From a candidate division FCPU426 bacterium (GTDB lineage: Bacteria; Oederibacteriota; Muellerivitia; Muellerivitales; Muellerivitaceae): 64,000 nucleotides of DNA. Below the pieces are notes generated by a model, which saw only the letters and a list, made by a program, of their open reading frames with translations, searched no databases and was not told where the DNA came from. Made by a program: the position numbers and the translations under genes. Within the stretch, counting starts at the first letter, position 1. The number at the start of each line of letters is the position of its first letter. Below, piece after piece: positions 48,180 to 58,194 of the stretch. The stretch lies in the NCBI GenBank assembly GCA_963847625.1, contig CAWKAR010000039.1, positions 45,244 to 109,243 on the forward strand, in the 5' to 3' direction.

Positions 48180-51100
48180 ATGACGCTCGAAGGTTCCCCG
48201 GCCGCGGAATCCGAACCCCCATCTACTCTCTTTTATGATTTTATCCAGCAAATTCCCCTCCAGTGTTTTGAAAAAGAAAGGTTCCTCCATTCGGAGCTTT
48301 TAGGGGTCCAGGTTTATCCCGAGCGCACCCTGGTTGTGATGCGGCTGAAAATGCCTGCTCCTGTCTCAGTTGAAACCTACGCGAACGTCACCCGTTGCCT
48401 GAAGGAAAGCCTGCCAGACGTAGGCCGGATCGTCTTGGATGTCCACTACGCCGCTTCCGTGATCGGGCCGGCCGACTACCTGGCGGCCCATGAAAAGGAT
48501 TTGATCTATTGCCTTTCCGAGGAAGCCGACATCTCCGAGAGCTGGTTTTCCTACTACCGCGTCGAGTTAAGGGACACGAATCTCTTGTTTCAGGTTCCCA
48601 ATGAAGCCGCCCGTCAGCAGTTGGAACGAAAAGAATGCGTGCGTGTGTTGAGGGAAATTCTCAAAAAGCGTTGTGGCGTGGATTTGAAAGTGGATCTCCA
48701 GGTCAACCCGTCCATTATTCCAGAAAAACCCCACTCGGTCGAACCACCGCCTGTTACCGCTTTTCCCAAGGGCCCGATTGAGAACATCCTATTTGGCCGG
48801 AAGATTTCAGAAACGGCCCAATCCCTGACTGTAACCGACGAGCAAAGAGGTTTTGTGGGGCAGGGGGAGGTCATCCTTTACGACGTATTCCAGACCAGAA
48901 GCGGCCGCCAATTGGCGAAAATGACCCTCACCGATTACACCGATTCCCTGGATGTGCTTTTCTTTTTTGAGAACGACGGAAAATTCAAGGGTGGGATTAA
49001 AGAAGGCGATTGGCTCAGGGTGCGGGGGGACTTGCGTTTCGACAGCCGGGATCCCAACGAAATGGTCCTGAACGCTAGGGATATCACGAGAATCAATCCA
49101 CCTGCGACCCGGATGGACCAAGCGCCTGAAAAACGAGTGGAGCTCCATTGCCACACCCAAATGAGCCGGATGGACGGACTATCCAAGATCGACCGGTTGA
49201 TTGAGACCGCCGCCCGCTGGGGGCATCCCGCTATCGCCCTCACTGATCATGGCGTGGTTCAGGCCTATCCCGAGGCACGGGCTGTGGCGAAAAAAAACGG
49301 CATCAAGCTGATTTTGGGAATGGAAGGTTACCTTGTTGACGAGTTCAAGAGGGATAAGAACCTGCCCATCTACCACATCATTCTTCTTGTGAAAAACCGG
49401 ATTGGCCTCAAAAACCTCTACCAACTCGTGACAGAAAGCCATTTAAAGTACTTTTACAAAAGGCCCTTGATTCCCCGGGCCCTCCTCGCGAAACATCGGG
49501 AAGGACTGTTCCTGGGCTCGGCTTGCGAACAAGGGGAGGTATGGCAACATTTGCTGCGCAAGGACAAACCCCTGGAGGAAGTAGCCAGCTTTTACGACTA
49601 TATCGAGATACAGCCATGCGCCAATAACGAGTTCATGATCCAAGAAGGCATGGTGAAGAGCATGGATGAACTCCAGAATTTAACCCGCACCCTTTATGAG
49701 ACCGGCAAAAAACTAGGCAAGCTGGTTCTGGCTACTGGGGATTCCCATTTTCTCAATCCCCAAGATGATGTGTACCGAAAAATCCTTCACGCCGGAATGG
49801 GTTATGGGGTGGAAAGGCAGGCACCCCTTTTCTTTAAAACCACCCAGGAACTCAAGGGGGATTTCGATTATTTTGGTGAGGAGGTGGCCCATGAGTTGGT
49901 GGTAACCAACCCTCGCAAGGTGGCGGAAATGATAGAGGAAGTGGAACCCCTCCCGACAAAGACTCTTTCCCCCCACTTGGAGGGAGCGGATGAGCTTTTA
50001 AGGAAAACAGCCACCCACGAAGTCCATCGGCTTTATGGTGACCCTCTTCCGGATTTCATTGATAAGCGTCTTCAAAAGGAACTCAACGCCATCATCAACA
50101 ACAAGTTCTCCACTCTTTACGTCATCGCCATGAAGCTTGTGAAAAAATCAATCGCGGACGGCTATGTGGTCGGAAGCCGTGGCTCGGTAGGGAGTTCCCT
50201 TGTGGCTTTTCTCAGCGGAATCACGGAGGTGAACCCCTTACCGCCGCATTGGCGTTGTGAGGAAGGGCACTACCACGAATTTCCGGAAAAACCTGCCTCC
50301 ACGGCTGGCGTGGATCTGCCGGAAAAAAACTGCCCAACTTGCGCTAAACCTTTGCTGAGGGACGGCTTTTCCATTGCCTTCGAAGTGTTCATGGGTTTCG
50401 AGGGAGATAAAATGCCGGACATCGACCTGAATTTCTCCGGCGAATATCAACATGTGGCCCATAAATATGTGGAAGAGCTTTTCGGTAAAGAGTACTGTTT
50501 CCGAGCGGGAACCATTTCGGCCGTGAAGGACCGGATCGCCTTTGGCTTCGTGAAAAAATACGTGGAACAATCGGGCCGCAAGACCCGTAACGCCGAGTTG
50601 AACCGCCTAGTCAAGGGATGCTCGGGAGTTTCCAAAACAACAGGCCAGCATCCGGGTGGCATCGTCATCTTGCCCAAGAACATGGAAATCACCGACGTCT
50701 GCCCCGTCCAGTATCCCGCGGACAACAAAGACGGGGACGTCATCACCACCCATTTCGATTACGACAGCATGCATGACTGCCTCGTCAAACTGGATATCCT
50801 AGGCCATGACAACCCCACCAGCCTCAGGCGGCTCGAGAACATGACAGGCGTTTCACCTGCCAAAATTCCCTTGAACGACGCTAAGACCATGAGCCTTTTT
50901 TCCGGCATCCAAGCGCTTGGCTTGAGGGAAAAAATCGATAAGGACCTGGGCACCCTGGGCGTACCCGAATTCGGGACATTTTTCGCCATGGACATGCTTC
51001 GGGATACCCGGCCCACGAAATTCGAAGAATTAGTAAGACTTTCTGGCCTAGCTCACGGTACAAACGTTTGGCTGGGTAACGCCCAGAATTTGATCAAGAA

Positions 51101-51842
51101 AGGCACTGCGGGCCTATCAACGGTCATCTCTACACGCGACGATATGCTGAACGACCTGAGAGCCCGGAAAATGGATGAGGCTTTGGCTTTCAAAATCATG
51201 GAGTCGGTGAGAAGAGGGAAAGGATTGACAGCCGATTTTGAAAGTGCCATGGCGGAAGCCAATACGCCCGCTTGGTACGTGGAAAGTTGTAGGAAAATCA
51301 AGTATATCTTCCCGAAGGCCCACGCCGTGGCTTATTGCATCATGAGTTTTAAGATTGCTTGGTTCAAGGTTCACCATCCCCTGGCCTTTTATGCGGACTA
51401 TTTCACCAACAAGAGCTTCGGCTTCGACGCTACCGTCGCCTGTGATGGGATCAGCCGGGTCAAGGACCGAATCAAGCATATCCAGTCCATCGAGAAACCT
51501 ACGGCAAAAGAATTGGACGAGTCCTCCGTGTTGGAAGTGGCCGAGGAAACTTACGCCCGGGGTTTTCGTTTCCTCCCGGTGGATCTCTACCAGTCCACTA
51601 GCCGAACCTTTCAAATCGAGGAGCAATCGGGGGAAAAAATGCTCCGCCCACCGTTGATTTGCTTGCCCGGCTTGGGAGAGACCGCCGCAGAAGCCATTGT
51701 AGAGGAACGCAAAAAGGGTGCCTTTAATTCGGTGGAAGACCTCCAACAGCAATGTAGCGTGAATAAAAATGTGGTGGAAATCCTCAAAACCCATGGCTGC
51801 CTGAAGAATATTCCAGATACCAAACAAGTTTTGCTTTTTTAG
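48180..51842 (+). CDS. polC: PolC-type DNA polymerase III alpha subunit lacking the 3'-5' exonuclease insert
   Basis: PolC N-terminal domain, OB domain, PHP (HCHTQMSRMDG...ALTDHGVVQAYPE...LILGMEGYLVDEF), then directly YHIILLVKNRIGLKNLYQLV... (the second half of PHP) with no DEDD exonuclease block. Palm (PDIDLNF), fingers, and (HhH)2 C-terminus. 1220 aa versus ~1430 for canonical PolC. Confidence 0.8.
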   Translation: MTLEGSPAAESEPPSTLFYDFIQQIPLQCFEKERFLHSELLGVQVYPERTLVVMRLKMPAPVSVETYANVTRCLKESLPDVGRIVLDVHYAASVIGPADYLAAHEKDLIYCLSEEADISESWFSYYRVELRDTNLLFQVPNEAARQQLERKECVRVLREILKKRCGVDLKVDLQVNPSIIPEKPHSVEPPPVTAFPKGPIENILFGRKISETAQSLTVTDEQRGFVGQGEVILYDVFQTRSGRQLAKMTLTDYTDSLDVLFFFENDGKFKGGIKEGDWLRVRGDLRFDSRDPNEMVLNARDITRINPPATRMDQAPEKRVELHCHTQMSRMDGLSKIDRLIETAARWGHPAIALTDHGVVQAYPEARAVAKKNGIKLILGMEGYLVDEFKRDKNLPIYHIILLVKNRIGLKNLYQLVTESHLKYFYKRPLIPRALLAKHREGLFLGSACEQGEVWQHLLRKDKPLEEVASFYDYIEIQPCANNEFMIQEGMVKSMDELQNLTRTLYETGKKLGKLVLATGDSHFLNPQDDVYRKILHAGMGYGVERQAPLFFKTTQELKGDFDYFGEEVAHELVVTNPRKVAEMIEEVEPLPTKTLSPHLEGADELLRKTATHEVHRLYGDPLPDFIDKRLQKELNAIINNKFSTLYVIAMKLVKKSIADGYVVGSRGSVGSSLVAFLSGITEVNPLPPHWRCEEGHYHEFPEKPASTAGVDLPEKNCPTCAKPLLRDGFSIAFEVFMGFEGDKMPDIDLNFSGEYQHVAHKYVEELFGKEYCFRAGTISAVKDRIAFGFVKKYVEQSGRKTRNAELNRLVKGCSGVSKTTGQHPGGIVILPKNMEITDVCPVQYPADNKDGDVITTHFDYDSMHDCLVKLDILGHDNPTSLRRLENMTGVSPAKIPLNDAKTMSLFSGIQALGLREKIDKDLGTLGVPEFGTFFAMDMLRDTRPTKFEELVRLSGLAHGTNVWLGNAQNLIKKGTAGLSTVISTRDDMLNDLRARKMDEALAFKIMESVRRGKGLTADFESAMAEANTPAWYVESCRKIKYIFPKAHAVAYCIMSFKIAWFKVHHPLAFYADYFTNKSFGFDATVACDGISRVKDRIKHIQSIEKPTAKELDESSVLEVAEETYARGFRFLPVDLYQSTSRTFQIEEQSGEKMLRPPLICLPGLGETAAEAIVEERKKGAFNSVEDLQQQCSVNKNVVEILKTHGCLKNIPDTKQVLLF

Positions 51843-52230
51843 AAACGGAAAGCTTGAAATATTTCCTTGGCCTGTTTGGTTTTCTATTCTTATTTGGGTT
51901 ATAAGAACTTTATAACCGGTTGCTCAGACCCCGCCTACGGCAACTTGGCTGAATTACTTCAGGGAAGTAAAATTGTTCTCCGGATTTGATCTGATAGGGG
52001 TGAAGAAGCAAAATGAAGAGTGATTCCTTGATAAAAACGGCTTCTTTTGAATCGCGATTTTTATAGGGATATTGATTTTGCCATGTTCATTGGAAGTTTA
52101 CTATCTTTTTGGACCCTACCATCAAATTTGGAAGATTCCCAATTCTCATTGAGTTAATCTCAAGTCCGTTGAATTTTACAAAACCTATGGAGTCTTAAAG
52201 GAAAAAACCAGGATAGCGGGGGATGGAGCC

Positions 52231-52875
52231 TTGCTTTTTGATTTGCTTCCCGCCGTTTCGGATCAAACCCTAGTGATTACTTGTCACCCGTTCGACGCAG
52301 CCCATAATCCCCATTTAAAGTTCGAGAACGTCCATTGGACGGCCCTATTAATGAATATCAATTGTGAACCATTTCACTGCCAGCGTTTTCCGGAGGGACA
52401 GTGGATAAATCTTTCGGAGGAGTTGCCGTCTTTTCTGGAAGGCGGAGTTTTGGAAATTATCCCGGTCTTGCCCGGAAATAAAGAAACGTTGGGAGGATTT
52501 TTTTACGCAAACCAGGCTAGCCAGAAGATAACCAATTTGATCATGCAACATCGTTGGAACACTTTCCAGGAAGATATTCTTCAAGACCTTGAAAAAATTT
52601 ATCCTTTCTTTCGAAACGATCCATTCCTTGAAACCTGTTTTTGGGACAAAGTTTTTTTCCATTCCCAAAAGGATCATTTAGATCAGCAATCTTTTCATGA
52701 TATCGAAAGGGCTTTAAAATTCGGATATCCCGCGGCAAACCTTTTTTACAGTCAGGGAATCTATTTTTATCGGTTTGGATTTATCAAGAAAGCCATCTCA
52801 TCCCTTGAGGCGGCATCACGCCTTCCGGTGAATAGGACGCCTGCGCAACAATTTTTTGGATGTATTGAAAAGTAA
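52231..52875 (+). CDS. Hypothetical protein (C-terminal TPR-like helix pair) in an AT-rich insertion
   Basis: 214-aa ORF at ~40% GC, flanked by ~380 bp of AT-rich non-coding sequence on each side, located between polC and rimP. Confidence 0.4.
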   Translation: MLFDLLPAVSDQTLVITCHPFDAAHNPHLKFENVHWTALLMNINCEPFHCQRFPEGQWINLSEELPSFLEGGVLEIIPVLPGNKETLGGFFYANQASQKITNLIMQHRWNTFQEDILQDLEKIYPFFRNDPFLETCFWDKVFFHSQKDHLDQQSFHDIERALKFGYPAANLFYSQGIYFYRFGFIKKAISSLEAASRLPVNRTPAQQFFGCIEK

Positions 52876-53223
52876 ATGCCATTAAAACTTTTTATTTTCA
52901 GCGGTTGTTGCATAAATCTGTTTTATTGTAGCTTCGATAGAGTTTTGAGTATTAAAAGTATCGTGTTTTGGCTTGATTTTAGGGCTTTCCCCTTGCCAGA
53001 ACCCTTTGTTTTTGCTAAAACATAAGAGTTAATTAAGGCTGTCCCAAAAAGTGGGTCCCTTTCATGGCCCGCTTTTTTTTTCATCAAATAGGTGTTTGTT
53101 AGGAATGTGACAGGGTATTTCCGGAAGGGGGTTAACTCCATCCGGAAATACGTTATTAGGTTAGCTTAAAGTTCATTCAGAACGGCCGCAAGGCCGTTTG
53201 TCGTTTATAGGGATGGAAATGGC

Positions 53224-53697
53224 ATGAGTTTTTTGGACGAATTTGGGCGTGCTCAACTCAAAGCCATTGCGGAGGAGGTTGTTAAGGAAAACTTTTTAGT
53301 ACTTTTCGATTTTCGGGTCCGTCCCCAGGGATCAAAACTGGTTCTAACCTTGGTGGTTGACAAGAAAATTGGTGAAATTTCGGTCGGGGATTGCGAGATC
53401 GTCAGCAGGGAAATGGAAAAAAGGCTGGACGAAATGGACATCATCCAGACTCCTTACCTTCTAGAAGTTTCTTCCCCTGGAATGGACCGTCCCTTGTTGA
53501 ATTTGAGTGATTGCGAACGTTTCAAGGGCCGCTTGGCCCAATTTATTCTCAAGGAGCCCTGGGAGGGTTTGTTGACCTTCCAAGGCAGGCTGAATGGGGT
53601 TCGGGAGGGGAAAGTAGACCTTTTAGTAGGCAAAGAAAGGATCCTTTGTTTACCGTTCGATAGGGTTAAAACTGCCCATTTGGTTGTTGAAATATAA
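53224..53697 (+). CDS. rimP: Ribosome maturation factor RimP
   Basis: 157 aa. LVLFDFRVRPQGSKLVLTLVVDKKIGEISVGDCEIVSREM. Conserved position upstream of nusA. Confidence 0.85.
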   Translation: MSFLDEFGRAQLKAIAEEVVKENFLVLFDFRVRPQGSKLVLTLVVDKKIGEISVGDCEIVSREMEKRLDEMDIIQTPYLLEVSSPGMDRPLLNLSDCERFKGRLAQFILKEPWEGLLTFQGRLNGVREGKVDLLVGKERILCLPFDRVKTAHLVVEI

Positions 53698-53725
53698 GAC
53701 TGAATGATTTAGAGGGGTTGGAGCC

Positions 53726-55045
53726 ATGAGCAACGAATTGGCCTTGGTGATGAGCCAAATCGAGCACACCAAGCGCATTGACAAAAAAAAACTAGTCGAA
53801 GCGATACAGGCTGCCTTGTCTTCCGCAGCAAAAAAGATATTTGGCATCGGCCAGGAGGTTGAAGTCGAATTCGACGAGACTAATTATGAATTCATCGCCT
53901 ATTACCTCAAGGAAGTTGTCGAAAAAGTTGAGGAACCCGGCATCCAGATCACCCTTGAGGATGCGCGCAAATATAAAACCGACGCTCAATTGAATGAGGT
54001 CGTCAAGATCCGTATCCCATCCGATCAGTTCGGCCGGATCGCGGCCCAAACCGCCAAGCAGGTCATCGTTCAGCGCGTCCAAGACGCTGAGCGTCAGAGC
54101 GTCTACGACCAGTTTAAGGATAAGGAGGGTGAGCTCATCACGGGGAGCGTACTGCGTTACGAAGGGCGTAACGTCATTATTTCCTTTGGAGACGCGGAAG
54201 CCCTGATTCCAGCCAAGGAACAGGTTCCGCGCGAGCGCTATTCCACGGGTGAGCGAATGAAATTCCTCGTGCTGGAGGTTCGCAAGACGCTGAAGGGCCC
54301 TTCCATCATCGTCAGCCGGGCCCATCCCAATCTGGTGCGAAAATTATTCGAGTTGGAAGTGCCGGAAATTTACGAAGGAGCGGTTAAGATTGAAAGCGTG
54401 GCCCGTGAGGCCGGCGCCCGTACCAAGATTTCGGTCCGGGTAGTGAATGACGATCGCATTGATGCAGTCGGGGCTTGCGTTGGCGTCAAGGGCATTCGCG
54501 TTCAAAACATCGTTGATGAGATCCGAGGGGAGAAGGTGGATATCGTTCGTTGGGACGCGGAACCACACGCCTATCTTTCCAACGCCTTATCTCCAGCGAA
54601 AATCGCCCGCATCGTTTTTCATCCAGAGATACCCTCGGCGGAGGTCATCGTTCCAAATGACCAATTGTCCTTGGCCATCGGCAAAAAGGGCCAAAACGCC
54701 CGCCTAGCGGCTCGTCTTACCGGCATCAAAATCGACATTAAAAACGAGGAACAATACGCCCAGGAGGAAAGGGCGCGCATGGACGCTCATTTCCAGGAAG
54801 TCTCCCAGGAAACGGCCGCTGCTATCTCCGGGGCCAAGGTGGACGCCCCTTCGGCCGAAGCTGCGGCGGCATTGACCATAGATGAAAAAAAAGATGCGCC
54901 GCCCGATGAAATTGATGAGGGATCGGTTAAGGCCGAAGACCCCCCCCTGATTCCATTGCTCACGCGTGATATGGACGGCATGCCATCGATCCCGCCCTCG
55001 CCGGATGTACCCGCGGACACCAGCGTCAAAACTGATCAGGAGTGA
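53726..55045 (+). CDS. nusA: Transcription termination/antitermination factor NusA
   Basis: N-terminal domain, S1, and two KH domains (GACVGVKGIRVQNIVDEIRGEKVDIV; LSLAIGKKGQNARLAARLTG); acidic tail. Confidence 0.92.
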   Translation: MSNELALVMSQIEHTKRIDKKKLVEAIQAALSSAAKKIFGIGQEVEVEFDETNYEFIAYYLKEVVEKVEEPGIQITLEDARKYKTDAQLNEVVKIRIPSDQFGRIAAQTAKQVIVQRVQDAERQSVYDQFKDKEGELITGSVLRYEGRNVIISFGDAEALIPAKEQVPRERYSTGERMKFLVLEVRKTLKGPSIIVSRAHPNLVRKLFELEVPEIYEGAVKIESVAREAGARTKISVRVVNDDRIDAVGACVGVKGIRVQNIVDEIRGEKVDIVRWDAEPHAYLSNALSPAKIARIVFHPEIPSAEVIVPNDQLSLAIGKKGQNARLAARLTGIKIDIKNEEQYAQEERARMDAHFQEVSQETAAAISGAKVDAPSAEAAAALTIDEKKDAPPDEIDEGSVKAEDPPLIPLLTRDMDGMPSIPPSPDVPADTSVKTDQE

Positions 55046-55057
55046 ATATAAACCCAT

Positions 55058-57346
55058 ATGGGAAAAAGACTTTTTGAATTTGCCAAAGAATTGGGCCTTT
55101 CCAGCCGAGAAGTTTTGGAACGCTGCAAGAAACTGGGTTTTTCCATACCCAGCCAATTGACGGTGGTGGATGAGAAAATCCAGTCCGATATTCGACGCGA
55201 CTTGGGCATGGCTGATTTAAGCACCGCCACCAGCCATTCCCCAGCAACCACCCCGGCGGCCGTAAAGCCAGCTCACGGAAAAACGCGGACGTTGACCGCG
55301 CGCCCGGCGAATGTGGAGACTTCCTCCAAGACCCAATCAAAAACACCATCCACACTCACATCGCCAACTGCCACCTATCCCTCCTTGAAAACCGGACAGG
55401 GTAAAGCAGGACTTCGTAAATCCTCCTCGGCATCGAGAAAAAGTTCAGGACCAAAACCCCTGCCAAAAGGGCATGGACTCGCGGCCGGACGGCCCAAAAC
55501 TATTACCGCGTCCATTGCTAAAGAGGAAATTCCAGAGGAAAAGGCCAAATCCGAAGGCCAGGCTGAAAACGTTGAAACAGTGGAACCCAAGGTTCTCACT
55601 AAAATCAAGATTACTGAAGGAATAACCGTTTCAGAACTGGCCCAAAAATTGAACGTCAAAGCCGGGGTACTCATCAAGGAACTCATGGATCTCAAGATCC
55701 TGGCAACGATCAACCAACGTTTGGATATTACGGTGGCTGAAACCTTGTCTTCCGCGCATGATGCGGTAGTGGAAGTGGTTCCCCTTTACGGCGCGGAAAT
55801 GTTCCGCGATGAACCTGATGACCCTAAGGATCTCATGCCTCGTTCCCCCGTTGTGACGATCATGGGACACGTCGATCATGGGAAGACTCTTCTGCTGGAT
55901 TCCATCCGCAAGACCAAAGTGGCAGAGGGAGAAGCCGGAGGCATCACACAGCATATCGGCGCTTACCAGGTGAAACATGAAAAGGGCACTATCACTTTCC
56001 TGGATACGCCAGGTCACGAAGCTTTCACCCTGATGAGGGCCCGTGGAGCCAAGGCCACAGATATCGTGGTGCTGGTGGTGGCCGCAGACGACGGTGTCAT
56101 GCCCCAAACCCTCGAGGCTATCGATCATGCCAGGGAAGCGAAAGTGCCCATTTTGGTGGCGGTCAATAAAATCGACAAGCCTGAAGCCAACCCTGATCGG
56201 GTAAAAAACCAACTTGCGGAACGTGGACTCGTACCCGAGGAATGGGGAGGAACAAACATTTTCGTGGAAGTCTCCGCTAAGAAACGCCTGAACCTCGATA
56301 AACTCCTAGACATGATTCTCCTGCAAGCCGAAATTCTTGAACTCAAAGCCAATCCCCATCGTTCAGGAAAAGGCGTCGTCCTGGAGGCCCGATTGGAAAA
56401 GGATAGCGGCCCCGTGGCTACTCTCCTCGTTGAAAAGGGAACTCTTAAGATCGGGGATAACCTTTTGGCCGGAAGCACCTACGGCCGTGTAAAAGCCATG
56501 CAGGATGATTTGGGAAAATCCATTAAAAGCGCTGGGCCCACTATGCCGGTGGAAGTTTTGGGCCTTTCCGATGTGCCCCAGGCCGGGGATATGTTCTATG
56601 TTATGACCGACCCTAAGGTCGCCAGGGAAATTTCCACCCGACGCGCTGAGGCCTTAAAGGACAATCGTCTCGTGGGAGCCATGAAACATATCACCCTTGA
56701 CAACCTTTTCGAGCAGATAAAGGAAGGCCAGATTAAAGAACTCAAAGTCATTGTGAAAGCCGATGTCCAAGGGTCTGTGGAAGCCCTGACTTCTTCCTTG
56801 GAAAAACTGTCTACCGAAAAAGTATCCCTCCGCGTGATCCACAGCGGAACCGGCAACATCGTCAACTCGGATATATTACTGGCTTCCGCTTCCAACGCCA
56901 TCGTGGTCGGCTTCAACGTCCAAGCGGATCCAACCTCCAAAAGCACCGCTGAAAAAGAGGACGTGGATGTTCGTATCTATAGGATCATCTATGACGCTGT
57001 GGAAGATGTCCGCAAGGCCATGGAGGGGCTCTTGGAACCGACGCTCCGCCAAGTCTCCATCGGGAAGGCCGAAGTCAGGCAGCTTTTCAAGACTTCCAAA
57101 GGTGTCGTAGCCGGTTGCATGGTTATTTCCGGAAAGATCAGCAATAAAGCCAAGATCAAGATCCTCCGCGGTGAGGAGATGGTCCATGAAGGGTCCGTAT
57201 CCTCGCTCAAGCGTTTTAAAGACGATGTTAAGGAAGTTGGCACGGGTTTTGAATGCGGAATCGTTCTGGAGACTTTTGAGGATTTCCAAGTTGGGGATCA
57301 AGTGGATGCCTATATCCTGGAATCGGTCGCTCAAAAACTCAACTGA
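55058..57346 (+). CDS. infB: Translation initiation factor IF-2
   Basis: [30 protein letters not shown]-domain motifs plus IF-2 C-terminal domains; 762 aa. Confidence 0.95.
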   Translation: MGKRLFEFAKELGLSSREVLERCKKLGFSIPSQLTVVDEKIQSDIRRDLGMADLSTATSHSPATTPAAVKPAHGKTRTLTARPANVETSSKTQSKTPSTLTSPTATYPSLKTGQGKAGLRKSSSASRKSSGPKPLPKGHGLAAGRPKTITASIAKEEIPEEKAKSEGQAENVETVEPKVLTKIKITEGITVSELAQKLNVKAGVLIKELMDLKILATINQRLDITVAETLSSAHDAVVEVVPLYGAEMFRDEPDDPKDLMPRSPVVTIMGHVDHGKTLLLDSIRKTKVAEGEAGGITQHIGAYQVKHEKGTITFLDTPGHEAFTLMRARGAKATDIVVLVVAADDGVMPQTLEAIDHAREAKVPILVAVNKIDKPEANPDRVKNQLAERGLVPEEWGGTNIFVEVSAKKRLNLDKLLDMILLQAEILELKANPHRSGKGVVLEARLEKDSGPVATLLVEKGTLKIGDNLLAGSTYGRVKAMQDDLGKSIKSAGPTMPVEVLGLSDVPQAGDMFYVMTDPKVAREISTRRAEALKDNRLVGAMKHITLDNLFEQIKEGQIKELKVIVKADVQGSVEALTSSLEKLSTEKVSLRVIHSGTGNIVNSDILLASASNAIVVGFNVQADPTSKSTAEKEDVDVRIYRIIYDAVEDVRKAMEGLLEPTLRQVSIGKAEVRQLFKTSKGVVAGCMVISGKISNKAKIKILRGEEMVHEGSVSSLKRFKDDVKEVGTGFECGIVLETFEDFQVGDQVDAYILESVAQKLN

Positions 57347-57440
57347 CGGCAAGCTTGATGATGAAAACATTGTTTATTTTGCCGTTAAATTGGCGATTTG
57401 AAAATTTCCTAAAACTAAAAAATCAAAGAGGGATTTATAT

Positions 57441-57722
57441 TTGGTCATCGGCCTTTTACGGGTTGATTTGCATTTTCCCGAAAGCAGTTCGCTTAAATCC
57501 AAACGGTTCATCCTTAAAAGCCTGACGGACCGTCTACGCAGGCATTTCAATGTCAGCGTGTCGGAAGTGGAATACCAGGATCTTTGGCAAAGGTCTGTTA
57601 TGGGGATTGTCACCATCAACACGGATCGGAGAAATGCCGATTCCACCCTCTCCAAGGTGTTGGACATCCTGGAAAACGAAAGGGAGTTGCAGGTCTTGGG
57701 TGTTCAGACCGAATTCCTTTAA
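57441..57722 (+). CDS. DUF503 family protein (YlxP-like)
   Basis: 93 aa. LLRVDLHFPESSSLKSKRFILKSLTDRLRRHFNVSVSEV. Conserved position between infB and rbfA. Confidence 0.75.
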   Translation: MVIGLLRVDLHFPESSSLKSKRFILKSLTDRLRRHFNVSVSEVEYQDLWQRSVMGIVTINTDRRNADSTLSKVLDILENERELQVLGVQTEFL

Positions 57723-57828
57723 AATCTTAATTCAACCAGATGTTTGACTTGGTGGAGTTCCCGGAAAACCTCAAGTTGGTGTTAAATTCAGGTAAGAATT
57801 GAAAATCGAGAATGAAGCAGGTGTCGTT

Positions 57829-58194
57829 ATGAGTTTTAAGCGGGCGAACCGGGTGTCGGAAGCTATCAAACGGGAAATCAGTTTGATGCTGACCCGGGAA
57901 GTCAAAGATCCGGGAATCCACTTCGTGACAGTGACTGCGGTGGAAGTCTCCGATGACCTGCGTAACGCGAAAATTTACGTTTCTGTCCTAGGAGACGAAA
58001 ATACCAGGAACGAATCCTTGGCGGGCCTGGAAAGGGCCAAGGGTTTCCTAAGGGGCGAGATCGGTCATCGCCTGCGATTGCGTTATGTTCCCGAAATCCT
58101 CTTCTTCCTCGACAAGTCCCTGGACCATGCTTTTAAGATCAAGGGGATATTGGAAAGTTTGAAGCCAAAGGAAAACCCGGACAATGAATCATAA
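57829..58194 (+). CDS. rbfA: Ribosome-binding factor A
   Basis: MSFKRANRVSEAIKREISLML...VTVTAVEVSDDLRNAKIYVSV. Confidence 0.88.
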   Translation: MSFKRANRVSEAIKREISLMLTREVKDPGIHFVTVTAVEVSDDLRNAKIYVSVLGDENTRNESLAGLERAKGFLRGEIGHRLRLRYVPEILFFLDKSLDHAFKIKGILESLKPKENPDNES

